In this document: one piece after another, positions 12,696 to 26,632 of the stretch
Layout of the letters: every line of letters starts with the position of its first letter
Numbering within the stretch: the first letter of the stretch is position 1
From: Fistulifera solaris
Taxonomy: Eukaryota
Direction of reading: 5' to 3'
NCBI GenBank assembly: GCA_030295235.1
Contig: AP026150.1
Span: 558,001 to 622,000, forward strand
Length of the DNA: 64,000 bases
The notes under the pieces: model-generated
Database searches by the model: none
What the model saw: only the letters and a program-made list of their open reading frames with translations
Told to the model about the DNA's origin: nothing
Program-made: the position numbers and the translations under genes

Positions 12696-13649
12696 TTATC
12701 CTAAGTTCTCCATACAAATCAAATCGACGCGGATTAAGTCGACGGCAATATCCCGTGATTTTTCTTTGTGAAATTTGTACACTTGTGGCAAATCAAATTG
12801 CATTTCAGCTACGACATGGAAGGAATATCCCCACGCCGTGACTTGTTGTTGCAAGAACGCTCTCGTCGATGTCTTATGAAACGAATATACCGTCCGTCGA
12901 GCCAAACGACAAGCCGTACGTAAAAATCTCAAATCCATGCCAGCATTTTGTTTCGTCCCAAAGGGTGGATTGGTTAATACAGTATCGACGCAACGCGAAT
13001 GGAGAGGGACGCCATCTTTATCCTGAGCAATAAGTTGTCGTGTTTCCAATGTCGATGCTTGAATCATATTGCCTTTCGGAGGAAAGCGACGTTTATTGTT
13101 GCTTTTGTTACTATTCTTTGTTGTTGTAGATGATGATGGTGATGATGATGAAATGACCGATGCCACTTGAGCATGGATCCACTCGACAGCTGTCTCCAAT
13201 TCCATTTCTTCGACATTTTCTTTCGCTAATTGCAAGGCATCTGAATCGCAATCTAACGCCAACACGAGATCCGTCTCGATGAGAGCACAACCCAGTGTCA
13301 ACATGCCTGTACCACAACCCAAATCCAAAGCTGTCGTTCCTGGGCCCAAATCGCCGCGCTCCAAGGCCGTCAGTATCACCGAGGCCGTTAATGAAGGACT
13401 GGTCGGATACTGTTCCAGCGTAATCTAGAGTATACAAGGAACGAGCAGCACGCATGAGGAAACACATTGTAAGAGTATCATGAAAGAAGGACTTTCTCAT
13501 CAAACGAAGCGACATAAAAGAAGCGTACGATTGATCATTGATAATGATTGTCATCGAACATCGAACACTTTTTTTCCCTTGCTTACCTTAGGATCCGGAA
13601 ATTCTCGCTGAATGCTCGATAGTGCGGATTCTAAGTGTTTGCGCTTCAT
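12696..13649 (-). CDS. METTL5: METTL5-like rRNA N6-adenosine methyltransferase
   Basis: Exon 1 (13649..13587) encodes MKRKHLESALSSIQREFPDPK. A GT-AG intron spans 13586..13425. Exon 2 encodes ITLEQYPT, DLGCGTG, TNPPFG, YSFHKTSTR and YKFHKEKSRDIAVD. Confidence 0.92.
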
Positions 13650-14352
13650 TTGTTATTAAAAATCATACAAATAAAGACTCAACTGTTGCATTTGTTACGG
13701 TGTTGTTATTATGGTCGTCGCTATTTCATTATTTCTCGTCACCTCGAAAATCGTTGGTGGATCTGTTGTATCGCGAATCAATCGCGACACTTGTGATTCT
13801 CCACTATCGGCCCTAATGTAGGCGACCTTTCACGACGACTGCAAATTTGTCATGAGTCATCTTTCACCATTCATCATCCATTTTTCGGGTAGATTTGACT
13901 GCAATGACATGAAACCAGAAACCAACATCGATCATTGGCAATACAATTAACGATACTCACAATCGATTTGCAGTCGAAACGTAGAAATGCGCAAAGATAC
14001 AACGCTTCATATGTCTACGTGAAATTAACGTAGGACCCGTAGTAACTTTATCGATCTAGGTAGCATACGGAAATTCTCGGATTCGACATCATCAATTCTC
14101 GGGTCCAACAGCGACAACCTCATTTTCATCGTAACGTTCCTCAACAAAGCTTCATAGACAACGTATGCAAAAATCGACATGAATTGGAACGCCTTACATG
14201 AAAAAAGAACACAGATGCAATGTTCTTGCGAAATGTCTAACATTCGATGTGCACGTTTCATTAGCTCATTAGCAAGCTTGCCCAAGTGCCAGGAAACCAA
14301 TTTCGAATCCGTAACGGTTTCTTATCAAAAGTAATTGGCATCCATAGGAAGA

Positions 14353-17300
14353 CTAAACGTCCTTGGTACTTACGGTCGAGTAAAATCGTTTCATGGAGTC
14401 ACTCAACCGACGTAGACTTTCCGAATTTAGTTCACGTTCCAACTGCAAGCGATCAATGGCTTCGGCTCGCTTGATTTCGGATCGTTCCAGCGCAGCAGCC
14501 AGCGACACGATTTGCTGACGTAATGTCTTGACATCATCACTGGTGCTTTCTGTGGCATCATTTAAAGTCTGCGCAATCGATTTGTCTTTCGATAAGGACT
14601 CGAGTTGCCCCATTTCCTTTGTAAGGCGATCCACTTCTGCTTCCCTCGCCGCTAAACGGGCACTTGTCGTTTCCAATGACCGCTCCAAAGACTCTACTTG
14701 TTCCCTTAGGTCAGGAACATTCTGGGCAGCTGCCAAATTCCGCTTTACGCGCTTCAATTCACGTTCGATCATTTCGTACTTTTGCTCCCATTCTGTGACG
14801 CGATGAATCACTTGATTCAAGGCTTGGCGCTTTTGAGACAGCTCGTTCTCTAGCTGCTGGTGTGTAGTCGAATCGACCATTCCTTCTAGCTTCTTTTTCG
14901 CCGACAGCAATTCCTGGCTCTTGGATGCCAGAAGGCGTTCTTTTCCATCAGCACCGCCTCCAATTCTAGTACACGATGTTCAAGGTCGCCCGTATTCGAG
15001 TCTTGCGCTATAGTGTTGCGTAACCGTTCCTGAAGTAGTTGCGTCTCTCTTTCAAGATGGTTGCGCGCCTCGGTCACTTGTTCACACTGAGCCTGTAGAT
15101 CTTTGATTTGACCCAGCATTTTCAAGTTTTCAAGACGCAGCTGTTCATCGATACCAGCATTCGAGTGCAGCACGGTCAACTGTTCCGAGAGTGAATCTCT
15201 CTCTTTAGCTGCGCATTCCAACTGAAAAATCAAAGATTCCTTTTCTCTCACAAGTTCATTGAATGACACTGACGCCGCTTGAAGTTCGCGATGCAAGTGT
15301 TCAATTCCTTCCGCCTTATCGTTGTCCACAGCAATGCTTGATTTTGAACAACTAATGGACTCCATCTCAGATTGAAGCGTAAAAAGCTGATCTTCGGTTC
15401 CGTCCAGTTGCTCCTTGATCAAGGCAAATTGAACCAGCAACTCTTCATTTTCTTCGGTGAGAGCATCTCTGTCATTGATAGCTTGTGTTAAGCGACGTTG
15501 ACATTCACCGAGCGTAGCATCCGTCTCGACGATTCGGTTAGCTAGTTCATCACGCTCCGACTTGAAAGCGTCTCTTTCGCTAGAAGAGGCTGACAATTGA
15601 TTCAGCGTTTCGCCAAGTTCTGCCTGTAGCGCATCTAAACGACTCTGCTGTTCTTGTTTTGTGTGATCCATTTTCTTCAGCGTCTTTCCTAGTTCGGCTA
15701 AATGGTGTGTAGTCGTGTCTTTTTGTTTCTGTAGATTATCCTTCTCATCAGAAATACGCTTGATCTCCCTGCTTAACAATTCAATCTGACTTTCAAGGTT
15801 ATCACAGTTGACTTTCTCCTGTGCGGAACTCTTTCTGAGCGACTCAACCTCCGCCTGCAGTGCTTTATTTTCCATTTGTAGTCGTAACAGACCGTCATGC
15901 AGCTCTGAGCTTTGTAGGGTTGCGACTTCCGATGAATTGTTCAAGTTTATTATCTCATTGTCCCTTTTCACGATAGTTTCTTTCAGTAGCAATATTTCGT
16001 TTTTGAGCGATTCGAGCTCCTCCTTTGCTTGGAATTCTGCGGCCTTGGAGTTTTCTCCACTCGTCTCAACAAAATTCTGCAGAGACCTCAGAGCTATATT
16101 GTTAGAAGTCAGCGTTTTCTGTAAGCGGTCGCGTTCTTCGGATAAGCTAGTGACCTCTTTAGCGAGGAACTCGGCCTTTTCTTTATACTGCTTCAGTTCA
16201 GCAACTTGCTCCAAAAGCGCGGGTCTTTCCTCGTCTCTGGCAGCGACTGCATTCTCGAGTGCACGACAATCTGCGGTTCTCTGTTCGACAATAATGTTTT
16301 GCTGCTGCAGCTCGTGTTCATGACGTCTCTGTTGCTCATTCAACTGCCTTAATAGTTCTTCTCGTGCATGGCGTAGTTTTTGAAATTCGGCCTCGCGTGC
16401 TTGTTCGCTACGACGTGATTCAGCTTTGACTTCTTCCATCATCATTGCGGATGCTCTAGCTTCTTCTTGCTGCGCCTCTTGCACGTTTTGAAGTTCTGCC
16501 TGTAACTTTTCGCATTCAGCTTCTTTCATCGTCAACCGATCTAAGATAATAGTCTCGTGTCTCCTCTGCTCCTTGGTCATTTCCAGTTCTGTCTGCAACC
16601 CACGGTTCTGCTCCGATAAATTAGAGCACGTCCCCTCAAGCTCTGTGATATGCCTTTGGAGCCTTCGGATTTCACTGTCTAAATGGAATGTCCCGTCAGA
16701 ACCATGGGAAAGAAAGGCACGATCACCCGTCCCATGATTGGAATGAGTTGGCGATGAACCATCTTGTACTGTTATTGAAGGAAAGAGAGGGCCAGGACTT
16801 TGCGGTAACGATGTTTCAAATCCACCTCTTCTATGAGGCGTTGACGGTGGAGTATCAGCATCAGCAAACGACTTGCTCGTTCCGTCTTGTTCTCGGTGTA
16901 AATTCAAAATGTTCGACGGCTCTTCATCCACGGCAGGAATGGAATATGTGTCATTCGTAATGGAAGTATCAAATCGGACCGACATACGCTCTTGATCGGA
17001 GGCTATGGATTGACTAGAACTGCGTAAAGCTCCTCGAAGGAAGGCATTCGTTACAAGAGCAGCTTTATCAGACATACAAGCCTCCGACCCGTCGAAATCG
17101 ATCTCATCTTCCCAACCGTCTCCGTCGTCACAGCTTCCATTCTCTGATACAGTGGCTAGCGCGTCAACTGTCGATCCACCTTGTGAAGGTGCGGAGGAAA
17201 CCCCCGATGTTGGAAGATGATCAACTACTGGACCGTACTTGCTATCGTCCTCTTCATCATCCTCTGATAATTGTGAACGGGCAACAGTGCCAACAGAGTC

Positions 17301-20300
17301 AACTTTAAGAAGATCCTTCTGATCAGGTAGCTGGTCGACAACAACCTTAGTCTCCAAAGGGGGGTTCTGAAGGCGCTTCAGAGGCGTCTTCTTTGCTCAT
17401 GGCTCGGCATTCGGAAGCTGTGACCTGAGTAGCCATAGAAGCATGAGATAAACCCGGCGATAAGACAGTCGGGGTAGCATCGACAACAGGACCAAACTCG
17501 TCTTCCCTAGGATCAACCTGGAGTTGCGACTGGGCACCAATAGTCAATTCGGATGCAGCATCCCGTGCAATCTGCGCAACTACCGAATCCGGTGCAGGAA
17601 TAAAGTCTACAAGTTGCTCCTCTTCAGTCTGGTCAACCGGCTCGTCGATTCCCGATTGGGGATTGGGAGCCGCTTCTGCCGACGTTCCAGCATCGTTCTG
17701 TCCCCAGCTATCATCTTCACCTTCTGTACCGTCGGCATCGTCTAAATCTTCTGCCACCACGGAAGGTGCGAACGCGATAGTCGAAGCGGCACCGGAAGGG
17801 TGCTCAGGAGTCCCAGGAAGTGGTTGAATTGGGGTAACATCGACCACTAGGCCAAAATGAGATACTCCTTCTTGAGTAGTGTCATCGACAACAGATAATA
17901 TCTCTGACGGATCTGCAGCCACACCAGTCGACGCATCTCCGTACCTGGACGCATCGCCGTACCGTGAATCCGATCGAGGAGGTACATGATCAACCAGCTG
18001 ATCTTCTTCTGATCGCAACGGTCCTGGCATTTCCTCGTCAACAATCGTTTCGTCACCGACTAACGACCCCTCGATAACAGTGTCCTCACCCTCTAAAGTA
18101 GCCTCATCCTCTTCGCCAAGCTGGACTAAAACGGAATCTGAGCGAAGATTCATCGGAGCAGGAGTCAGCGGCGTGTAGTCAACCACATTACCGTAAACAA
18201 CCTTTTCGCCAGTGCTGTCAACATCTCCATCTTCTTTTGTCAAGCCTTCTGAACCTGTCACATCGACGGAAGCTTCGCGAACAAGTGATGACACAGGTCC
18301 TATTTCGGATGGTGTTTGATCAACTACTACAATTTCGTCACCGGCAATTGTAGAGCTTGGTTCTTCCCCATCATGACCACTCTCTTGATCTTCCAAAACC
18401 GGATCCTCCTGATCCCAGCCACTGGCACCTCCAATGGTAGAATCATAGCAACTGTCGTCTTCAAAATCCTTTTTAAAGTGAACAGCAAGAGAATTGGCCC
18501 CTGAATCGGACACAGAAGGCCTCGGAGTTTCAGGCAATACGTCAACAACGGGCCCGTAGTTCATTTCATTCTCGTCGTCATACACTTCTTCTTCCACTGA
18601 CATTTCTGTGTTGCGGGTTACATCTGCCCCAGCTGCTAGTGCAGCTACGGATGGATCCAGCTCCGTGTCATTTTCCGCTGGCATCTCCGATGGCGTATGA
18701 TCTACAAGATGGGAGTGCATGGTGAGTTCGGAAGAGAATGTGGTTATTTTCTTCCGAGAGCTCTTGCGGTCTACGCCCGTTGAAGCGGTTTTCTCACTCT
18801 CTTCGTCATCTAGAATGTTGTCATCCTCCCAACCACGTGGAGAAGCAACATCAGACGCTACTCGTTCACCAATTGTTGAATCCCCGTAATAGCTCTCGTC
18901 CATTCTGTCATCTTCCTCAAAGTCTCCTTTCAGCGCTGAAGCATGAACATCCATTGAACAATTACCCGAATACGAAACTGAACGATTTGGGGTCCGTGGT
19001 AAATGATCAACAATAAAACCAAAATTGATTTCATTTTCATCATCGTATACCTCTTCATCCTCACCGTTGCCTGTATCTCTTGTAAGATCCTCCTCGGCAG
19101 CAAGGACTTTAACAGACGGGTCTAATACAGAGTCGGTTCCATCCCCTGGCAGCTCCGAAGGAGTGTGATCTACAACGTAGATCTGAGTTGTAAGTTGCGA
19201 AGAAAACGTAGCCGTCTTCTTTTCAGGACGTTTTGTTTCCAAAGTCATGGTTGTATTTCCCATTTCTTCTCCCTCGTCCTGATCTTCATGATCATCATCG
19301 ACAAGAATATCATCGTCATCATCCCAACCGCTATTTGTGCCGCCAGCCACTATTGAATCTCCATTCAGTGTGTCGTCCATTTCTTCATCTTCTCGTATAT
19401 CTTGTTCAAGAGCTTCGGCATGAACAGCCAGTGAACCGGTAAAAGGAGCCGGTGGGAGGTCATCCAAGGAACAAAGAGATTCTTTTCGAGACGAAGCAAC
19501 AGGTGTCAAATCAACCACCAGCCCAAAGGCATGTCTACTATTTTGTGGATCGCAGTCCACAAATTCATCTTGGGCCGCAATGGAGTCTATCTCAGGAGCG
19601 AGCACATCCACAGAGGCGTCGGTAGACGGCTGCGGCTTTATCTGAGATGGAGTGTGATCGACGACAGTGGGTTCCTTTGGTTCTTCAGGCTCATCAATGA
19701 GAACCGAGAGGTCGTCTTCATCGTCGGCCCATCCGCTAGTCTCTCCGATTGTCCCGTCTCCATCATTACCTTGCACCGCCAACGAGTCTCCCCGGACCAG
19801 AGGAATTGCAGGCGTTCGCGGCAAGTTATCTACTAAGGGAGCAAAATTGATTTCGTCTTCATCGTCATAAACATCTTGCTCTTCTTCAATAAGGCGATCG
19901 TTTGGATCACCCACCGGGCCCGTATCACGAGTTCTATCATCAGCAGCGGCCAAAACAGCCAAAGAAACGTCCGAAGCCTGAATCAAGTGCTCTCCGCTTA
20001 AAGGGACGTGATCTACTACCATTGTTAAAGGATACACTGTTTGCTGAAAGCCGGCACCAGTCTCCCCATCGTAAGTAGCATGTCTAGATCCAATCTTCTC
20101 TTCTGCAACCTGATCCGTGGGCCCCGAAAGATCTAAAGCGAAATCATCGTCATTCCACCCATCATTGGTGTCAGTTGGTTCGTGTGGAGATTCTTCGTCG
20201 CGAAGAGGCCCAAGTACCACCTCGGTGTGTTGGGCAGCCGGAAGTTCCGTTTGCAACACCATTTGAGATCCGGAAAGATTCAACGAGTCATCTTCCTCAT

Positions 20301-20790
20301 TCCACCCGTCATTTACATTGATTGACTCTTGTAAACTCACATCTTTCATCGGTTGCGGAACGTCTGGTTGTCTCGACGAACACGAAACATCGAAGGCTTC
20401 CTCTTCATTTCCCCATCCTTGCTCCTCGGGTGCTGTGATTTGTGTAGCCGGCATCTCGTCGTGCAAATCCGGAATTCCCTCCCAGTAGTTTTGTTGTGTG
20501 TCTACCTGATCAAGAACTTGATCTAGTTCGTCGTCATTCTCCGCCCAGCCATCCTCTTCATACTCCTCATCGTAATCATCTTCGTTCGGTTGTGTCACTT
20601 CCGCGAGGAATTGCGTCAGTCGTCCGCTCAATCGATTGACACCGGCGGCAAGACGTGCCGAAGGGGGTATCATATTCCTATTATAGTCCTCTGCTTCCTC
20701 TTCATTCGCGCGCTCGCTTTCGGAGTATTCTTTTTCTTCCTCTTCTCCCCAACCATCCGGTTGTGTGGCACGCAATAAATTTGACCACAT
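14353..20790 (-). CDS. Very large (~2100 aa) protein: acidic repeat-rich N-half and long coiled-coil C-half (golgin/tether-like)
   Basis: Three abutting same-strand ORFs (17347..20790, 14886..17357, 14353..14910). The VVDxxP repeat continues across the ~17360 junction and the heptad pattern continues across the ~14900-14945 junction, so these are probably indel-split parts of one gene. Confidence 0.7.
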
Positions 20791-21721
20791 TGTGATTTCA
20801 GCGAAGCGACTACGGAGTGACTGAAAGGATTCTGAAGAGTCTTTTCGTCGAACAAGCAGCTTCTCTTGTCAGACCTTGTCAGAGAAACAAAATAAGAATG
20901 AAAAGTCAATGAAATAGAGGCTTTTTGTTGATGCAAATAATAGCAAAATACAACATCAACAACAACAACGAGCGACCAAAAACGCGATCCTCTCTGCGAT
21001 CTCGTCTCCTTGTCCCTTGCCTCTCGCCGTGACCGCGAGACTACAATCAATGTGACAGTAAATCGAAAGGGATCCGTTACGAACACGTACATTTTCAACG
21101 GATGGCACTGGCACTGACGACTCAGGGACAACACGGCAAAAACCAAAACCGCCTTCTACCACATTCTTTTAATCCGCTAGAAACGGAAGATTATTTGCTT
21201 ATCATGCCAAGGCAAGTGTCGACATTTCTTTCAACGCAAGAAAATGGAGGCAATTTTTTGTAATGTATCAAAAGTCTACGTCTAACTCAAGTAGAATCTC
21301 GTAGGGAAATTTATCAATGTAGGTGGCACCCGGAACGTATCGAATTCGGTCTCATCAATTATTCCCGGGTCCGACAACAACAAGATTCGTCGATACATCC
21401 CGCAACAAAGCTTTATAGAATCCGTTAACAAGAATTGGCATGAATTGGGACATCAAGCATGAAAAAGACAACATATGCAATGCTGCAAATGTCTACGTGA
21501 AACCCACATCGGCCCTCGTAGAAAAATTAATCGACGATATCTTTGCCGCGATTGTCGGTATCGTCGCTTTTCACAAACGTAGCAACTTAACTTGTGTTAG
21601 TTTAGTTTTTGCAGCTTTTTGAACACTAGTTTGCTTCTGTCAGTTAGCATACTGAAACAATATGTTCTATTCGTTACAAGATGTAATAATGTATAAGTCA
21701 GAATCATGGTGTCCCCAGAGT

Positions 21722-23075
21722 TTATGGATCAAATGGACAAACCGGTAAGTTGCTTTCGTCCTCTTCTTCTTCAATATGAAAGCAGATTACGTCGTCTGGA
21801 TTGTCGGGCTCGAGCTCGTCATCAAATTGGTAATGTAAGTCACTTTGTTTGGGTACGTCTTCGTATACGTCTTTTTCCGCCGCATTGTCTGTGGTTGGGG
21901 GCGGCGGATGCTCCGATCCTCGCCAATCGAGTTCCAAGCCTTCCATGTCACTTTGTTCTTGATACAACTCTTCGGAAATGCGACCGGAAAAGGGCGTGAT
22001 GGAGGGCCTTACAACCCTTGAACTGACGGGCAGGTTCATTTGTGATGATACAGTCAACGTTGAAGAGAATATGGAAAGTCTCGATCCTGTTCGATTGCAG
22101 TGACTTTGGTGGTCGCTTCCTTCTGACTGTTTTATTCCTGATTGTGTCGTGCAGCACACCGAACATCCCAGCCACGAAAACAACACCTGGACTGCCAATT
22201 GAATATCTGGTTTACGTAGGGAGAGCATTGCCGTCAAAAATACCTGAAAGAACGCCAGTAATATAGCCGACCAAGTCGCCCAAGCGTTGCGGATAAAGAG
22301 CAGCAGAATAGAAGGTGCAATTATACATGCGTAGCAAATAGCGATTCGAAAAAAGAATACAGTGATTGTTCGCCTTTGCCCTTTCTTCGGAAGCAGTTTG
22401 TTGCGTCGAGTTTTCCAGACTAACCACCCTACGTAAGAAAACGGAATCAAGCAGGAAATAGGGATCAGAGCCAGCCACAGGAAGAGTAGCGATTTTTGAT
22501 CGTGGTTGATCGGTATGCACAAAACGTCGTTTTGCATGACAGGTTCAATCGGAAAGCTCGGATATCCGAAGGACGAACACGTCGCAATCACCGCCGCCCA
22601 TGAATACACAAATAATGCATTCCGTGTGGCTCTCTTTCGTGTTGGAGGTAAATAGCGCAAACAACACATACTACTGCAGAGCATAAAGTGTAACTCGTAA
22701 CCGATGACAGCAAAAAGCCAACACGTTGATGTCACGTGCCATATCAACATAAATGACTCGAACCGACAGAGGCGTAAGGAAAAGTTCCCGTTAGATGCAT
22801 TGATGACAGAAAGAATTGCAAAAGTGATGGAGACGGCACCATTTGGAAGAAGCAAGGCTAGAAGGTAGCTCTACAATAAACACTATTAGTGAGCGAATGA
22901 AAAAGAATACCGATTGACAAGCGTATCAACTTGTCAACTTACGTTGAAAGGACTACTGCGCGCTTTCCGGGAAAGGAGGATTGCCAAGGCAATTATCAAA
23001 GTCAGGGTTCCGTATATTATTGTGAGGGGCTGTCGCCGCCGATGATAATATGACTTGAAGGAAATACGAGTCCAT
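21722..23075 (-). CDS. Seven-transmembrane (GPCR-like) protein
   Basis: Exon ...IIALAILLSRKARSSPFN ends at a gtaagt donor (~22941), and after a tag acceptor (~22871) continues SYLLALLLPN. About seven hydrophobic segments and a Ser/acidic tail. The 5' start is uncertain. Confidence 0.65.
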
Positions 23076-25218
23076 CACTGTCGCTCTTTATCGATTGCAG
23101 TCAACCTTGGCAGGGATCGAGGCCTCAGAGAAGAAACAAGAAGAAGAATAGAGAATCAATTTTGGCTAATACCGGCTCCATGCATTATCATGCTGTGCAG
23201 TTTGCGGCGTCTAGCTCGTCGATCAACAAAGACGGGTTTGATAGAAACGAAAAAGCCTCGGTGGAGGTGGCAGGGGCAAGCGGCACCCAATCCCAGAGTT
23301 CTTGTACAATCCATACTATACTAGAATCATCTTTCTCGCCAAACGTGTCTTTCATAATTCCGAATAGTTCTTTTTGAACCATAATCGTAAAACACTACTG
23401 TCAAAAAATCTTGTCTGTTGTCAACAAATGAATAATGTTTGAGACCTCACATCAGGTTACAATAAAACAATAACGGTTTCGATTTCGGAGTAACAAATAA
23501 TTGGTTGCAACATGACGTCATAAACTGGATACAGCATACCTGGTACCTGGTACTGGTACAGCTTTTCTACAGAGAAGCCATTCAACATTCAACCTTCAAA
23601 AAATCCTTTTGGTGGTTCCTTTATGATCTTCTGTGTTCAAGCTTCAAGCAGGCAGCCACAAAGAGTACCGCACTGTTCCACTGACCGCTGTGCAGTCTTT
23701 TGGTCGGGTCATGTGAAACGTCCAATCGCTGTGCAGGAATCGGCTGGAAAAGGGAATCCGTAAAAAAATCCGTTCACTTTTCGACGGAAGGAAGAATGAT
23801 CCTTTCTCTTAATAGTCTATTGAAGTTCACGTCTTGCTGGAAAGCGGGTAATAAGTTGATTCTTACGAAAGAGAGAGCAGGCAAGGACAAGGTTGGATAG
23901 GTCAACTCCAATCTTCAGAGCAAGAGCAACAGTTCGGAATTGATCATGGATCGTAAATGATGATGAAGCAATACGAGAAGCCTCAAGTTAGCGGACAGAC
24001 AAGAGATAAAGTGGGAAGAAGCAGGCGAGAAATTGGCAAAGTAAACTCTTGAGCAATTTTTCTTGGGACAAGCGAATAACTTTACTCCGCAATATTCTAA
24101 TTATTAAATCCTAGTCTAGGTTCATTAGAGATTCCAATAGAGAGCAAAACTACGCGAATTCAGCCGAGACTGTAAGTCCAGAGTGACGAAGTAAAGTTTG
24201 TTGCTTTTGTAGCAGCGAAGTAGGTCAAGTGTCTGGGCAGTGCGAATGGGGTCACAATTCCTCTTTAGCAGACGACAAGGGAGTGAAAGCCGACTCGTGT
24301 TGAGCATCCTCAGTTAGCATTGTCTACAGTCGCAGGATAGTAGTGAAAGGGATCTTTTACTAACGAAATGTCACTAAAAGCATCGACCTAGTTTTTCGTG
24401 TTTGGCCTCTCCCTGCTCCCTGGGTTGATACTTGATACCTTTTCTAAAGCTGGTGCGACATTATCGAGATTTGGCAAAGGATATCGTTCCACTGTAACGA
24501 AAGTGCAGCGTGGTTGTAGAAAGAGTACCTACCTCTACACGATCCTTCGCAGTCGACGCATCAAGTCAAGCGATGTTTGATCGAGGCCGTTTTAATGACA
24601 ACAACGAACTTGAAACACACCACCTGTTGCGTCAAACAACCTCCAACACGTTTCGAAAGAACAAATCTTTCTTCGTCTATCATCGCAATCATTGATCGTT
24701 CCCAATGACGAATTGCTGTTTAGGAAATTACTGTAAAAGCCCTTCGAATAAGCCGTAAGTACTTGTGACACGCTGTTGTTGTGAAAAGCTAATTTGCAAC
24801 GAATGTTTTCTTTTAAGAATCATCATTTACCTCAACTTTTCGTGAACAGAACCTTGATTTGCGGTCTCTGTCGCAAACAGGTACACTCGGTTGTATTGGG
24901 ATGTTCCATCGGTCCAGGTAAGTCAAGCAAGAGTGCAGCAAAGAGAAAGAGAGAGGTCCAGATAAACATCATCGCTTGGCTTTCATTTGTCACACTATCC
25001 ATCCGTACATTTTCTCACACGATGTGATCTCGCCTTCCGCTTGCTCGACTCATTTCCTTTTACTTTCAAAAGCATGCGAACTGCCTCCCCATCATCATGT
25101 TTATCAGCGAACCTTACTACCCTTCGGCGACCCCGGTCGCCTTTCGTCTTCCGCGTACATTTGCTTGGCATGCAGTGATAATGCGACCAAAAACATTGTT
25201 CCCCTTTCGACGACGGTC

Positions 25219-26632
25219 ATGGCGCTGCCGGATCTTTCGTTGACACACGGGAATCACAACGATGAAGACGATGGTGATACTGACGATGCCGCTGACTTAT
25301 TACTAAAGAAAGACTTGGCTTCGACATTATCACGTCGTCGTTACACGCTAGAAGACAAATACGACGTCGTTACGAAAGTCAAAGATGATGGAACTAACAA
25401 GAAAGAAATAGCGGAACAGTTTGGTATCAACAAAGCCACGCTGAATGCGTGGTTGAGGCAGAAAAAGTCGATCATTAAACAATGCAAAGGCGTTCAAGAA
25501 CGACAACGCTTTTCGTATCAACAAAAACACGAAATCCTCTCCAAAAATCAAGCATGACAAATCCAACAAGAAGGAAATTATGGACGCCTTTGGTATCAAG
25601 AAGCATACACTCAATACGTGGTTGCGGCATCGCACGGACATTGCCCGGACGAGTGAAGAGCTGCCAGCCCGGAAAGCAAATTATCACAGTGCCATTTGGA
25701 GGATACATGAAGGCGTCGACGCCTTTTTCGCAGAAAATCAAATGCGACAAGGGAAGGATCGCATCAATATTACGGGATACGTATTGGGCGTACACGCCAA
25801 CAAAGTCAAAGAGGAACTGCTCGAACGACACGCCAATAAAGAGATTGTATTGGACGAGCAGGAAGTCAAGCATTTGATGAAATTCAAAGGAAGTGATTCA
25901 TGGGGCAGAAAATACGCCAAAGCAAAAGGATGGCGTGGACCCGAGTTCCGGAAAGGCGGTCGTGATGTAGATGTCGATGAGAATCCTCATTCGAGCAGTA
26001 GTATTTTGATCCATCATCACCAGCATCATCCGATGGAAGATACGTCCGACAGTTTAGAGCAACACACGACCCATCATCCGCATCATCATCACCGACAGCA
26101 GCATGGTGGCTTGAGTGCTAGTACTATAGACAGTACGAATATGAACCTCAGCAACATGGATAACGGCCACAAATCGGACGAGTCGTACGGGTACCATTTG
26201 TATGCACACAATTTACAGCAAATGACGGCGAGCCATCATCTGACAATGGCCCAAGCTAGTAGTATCGACCCACTCAACAATCTGCAGCATGCTCATATGC
26301 ATCATCAACAGCAACTACATTCGTCTAATGAAAACGCAATGTCCCAAGCGAATATGCTGGCGCAGCATCAGCAGCAGCAAGTTCTCCAACAGCAAATACA
26401 ACAGCAGCAGCTCCACCACCAGACACTACAGCAGCAGCAACAAACGATGCAACATCATATTCAACAATTGGGGGAACAGCACACGATCGATCGCAATACT
26501 CTCGTTGGCCACGATCCTAATCTTGCCATGGGTATGTCACAGCAACAGTCTCTTCAAGAACAACCATCGCATCTTCACAGCGATTTGTCTTCCAACGTGC
26601 CCGATCCTCGGTCATACAACACATATGTGTAA
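25219..26632 (+). CDS. CENP-B/pogo-type HTH DNA-binding protein with His/Gln-rich tail
   Basis: Two psq-like HTH repeats (KKEIAEQFGINKATLNAWLRQ and KKEIMDAFGIKKHTLNTWLRH), a Tc5-like HTH ending FKGSDSWGRKY, then poly-H/poly-Q. Frameshift in the A-run near 25545. Confidence 0.75.

Noticed and set aside
15808..19870. Plus-strand ORFs opposite the giant protein, and similar antisense ORFs elsewhere
   Set aside because: Ser/Phe/Leu-rich shadow frames of Glu/Asp/Lys-rich coding sequence, with no independent motifs.
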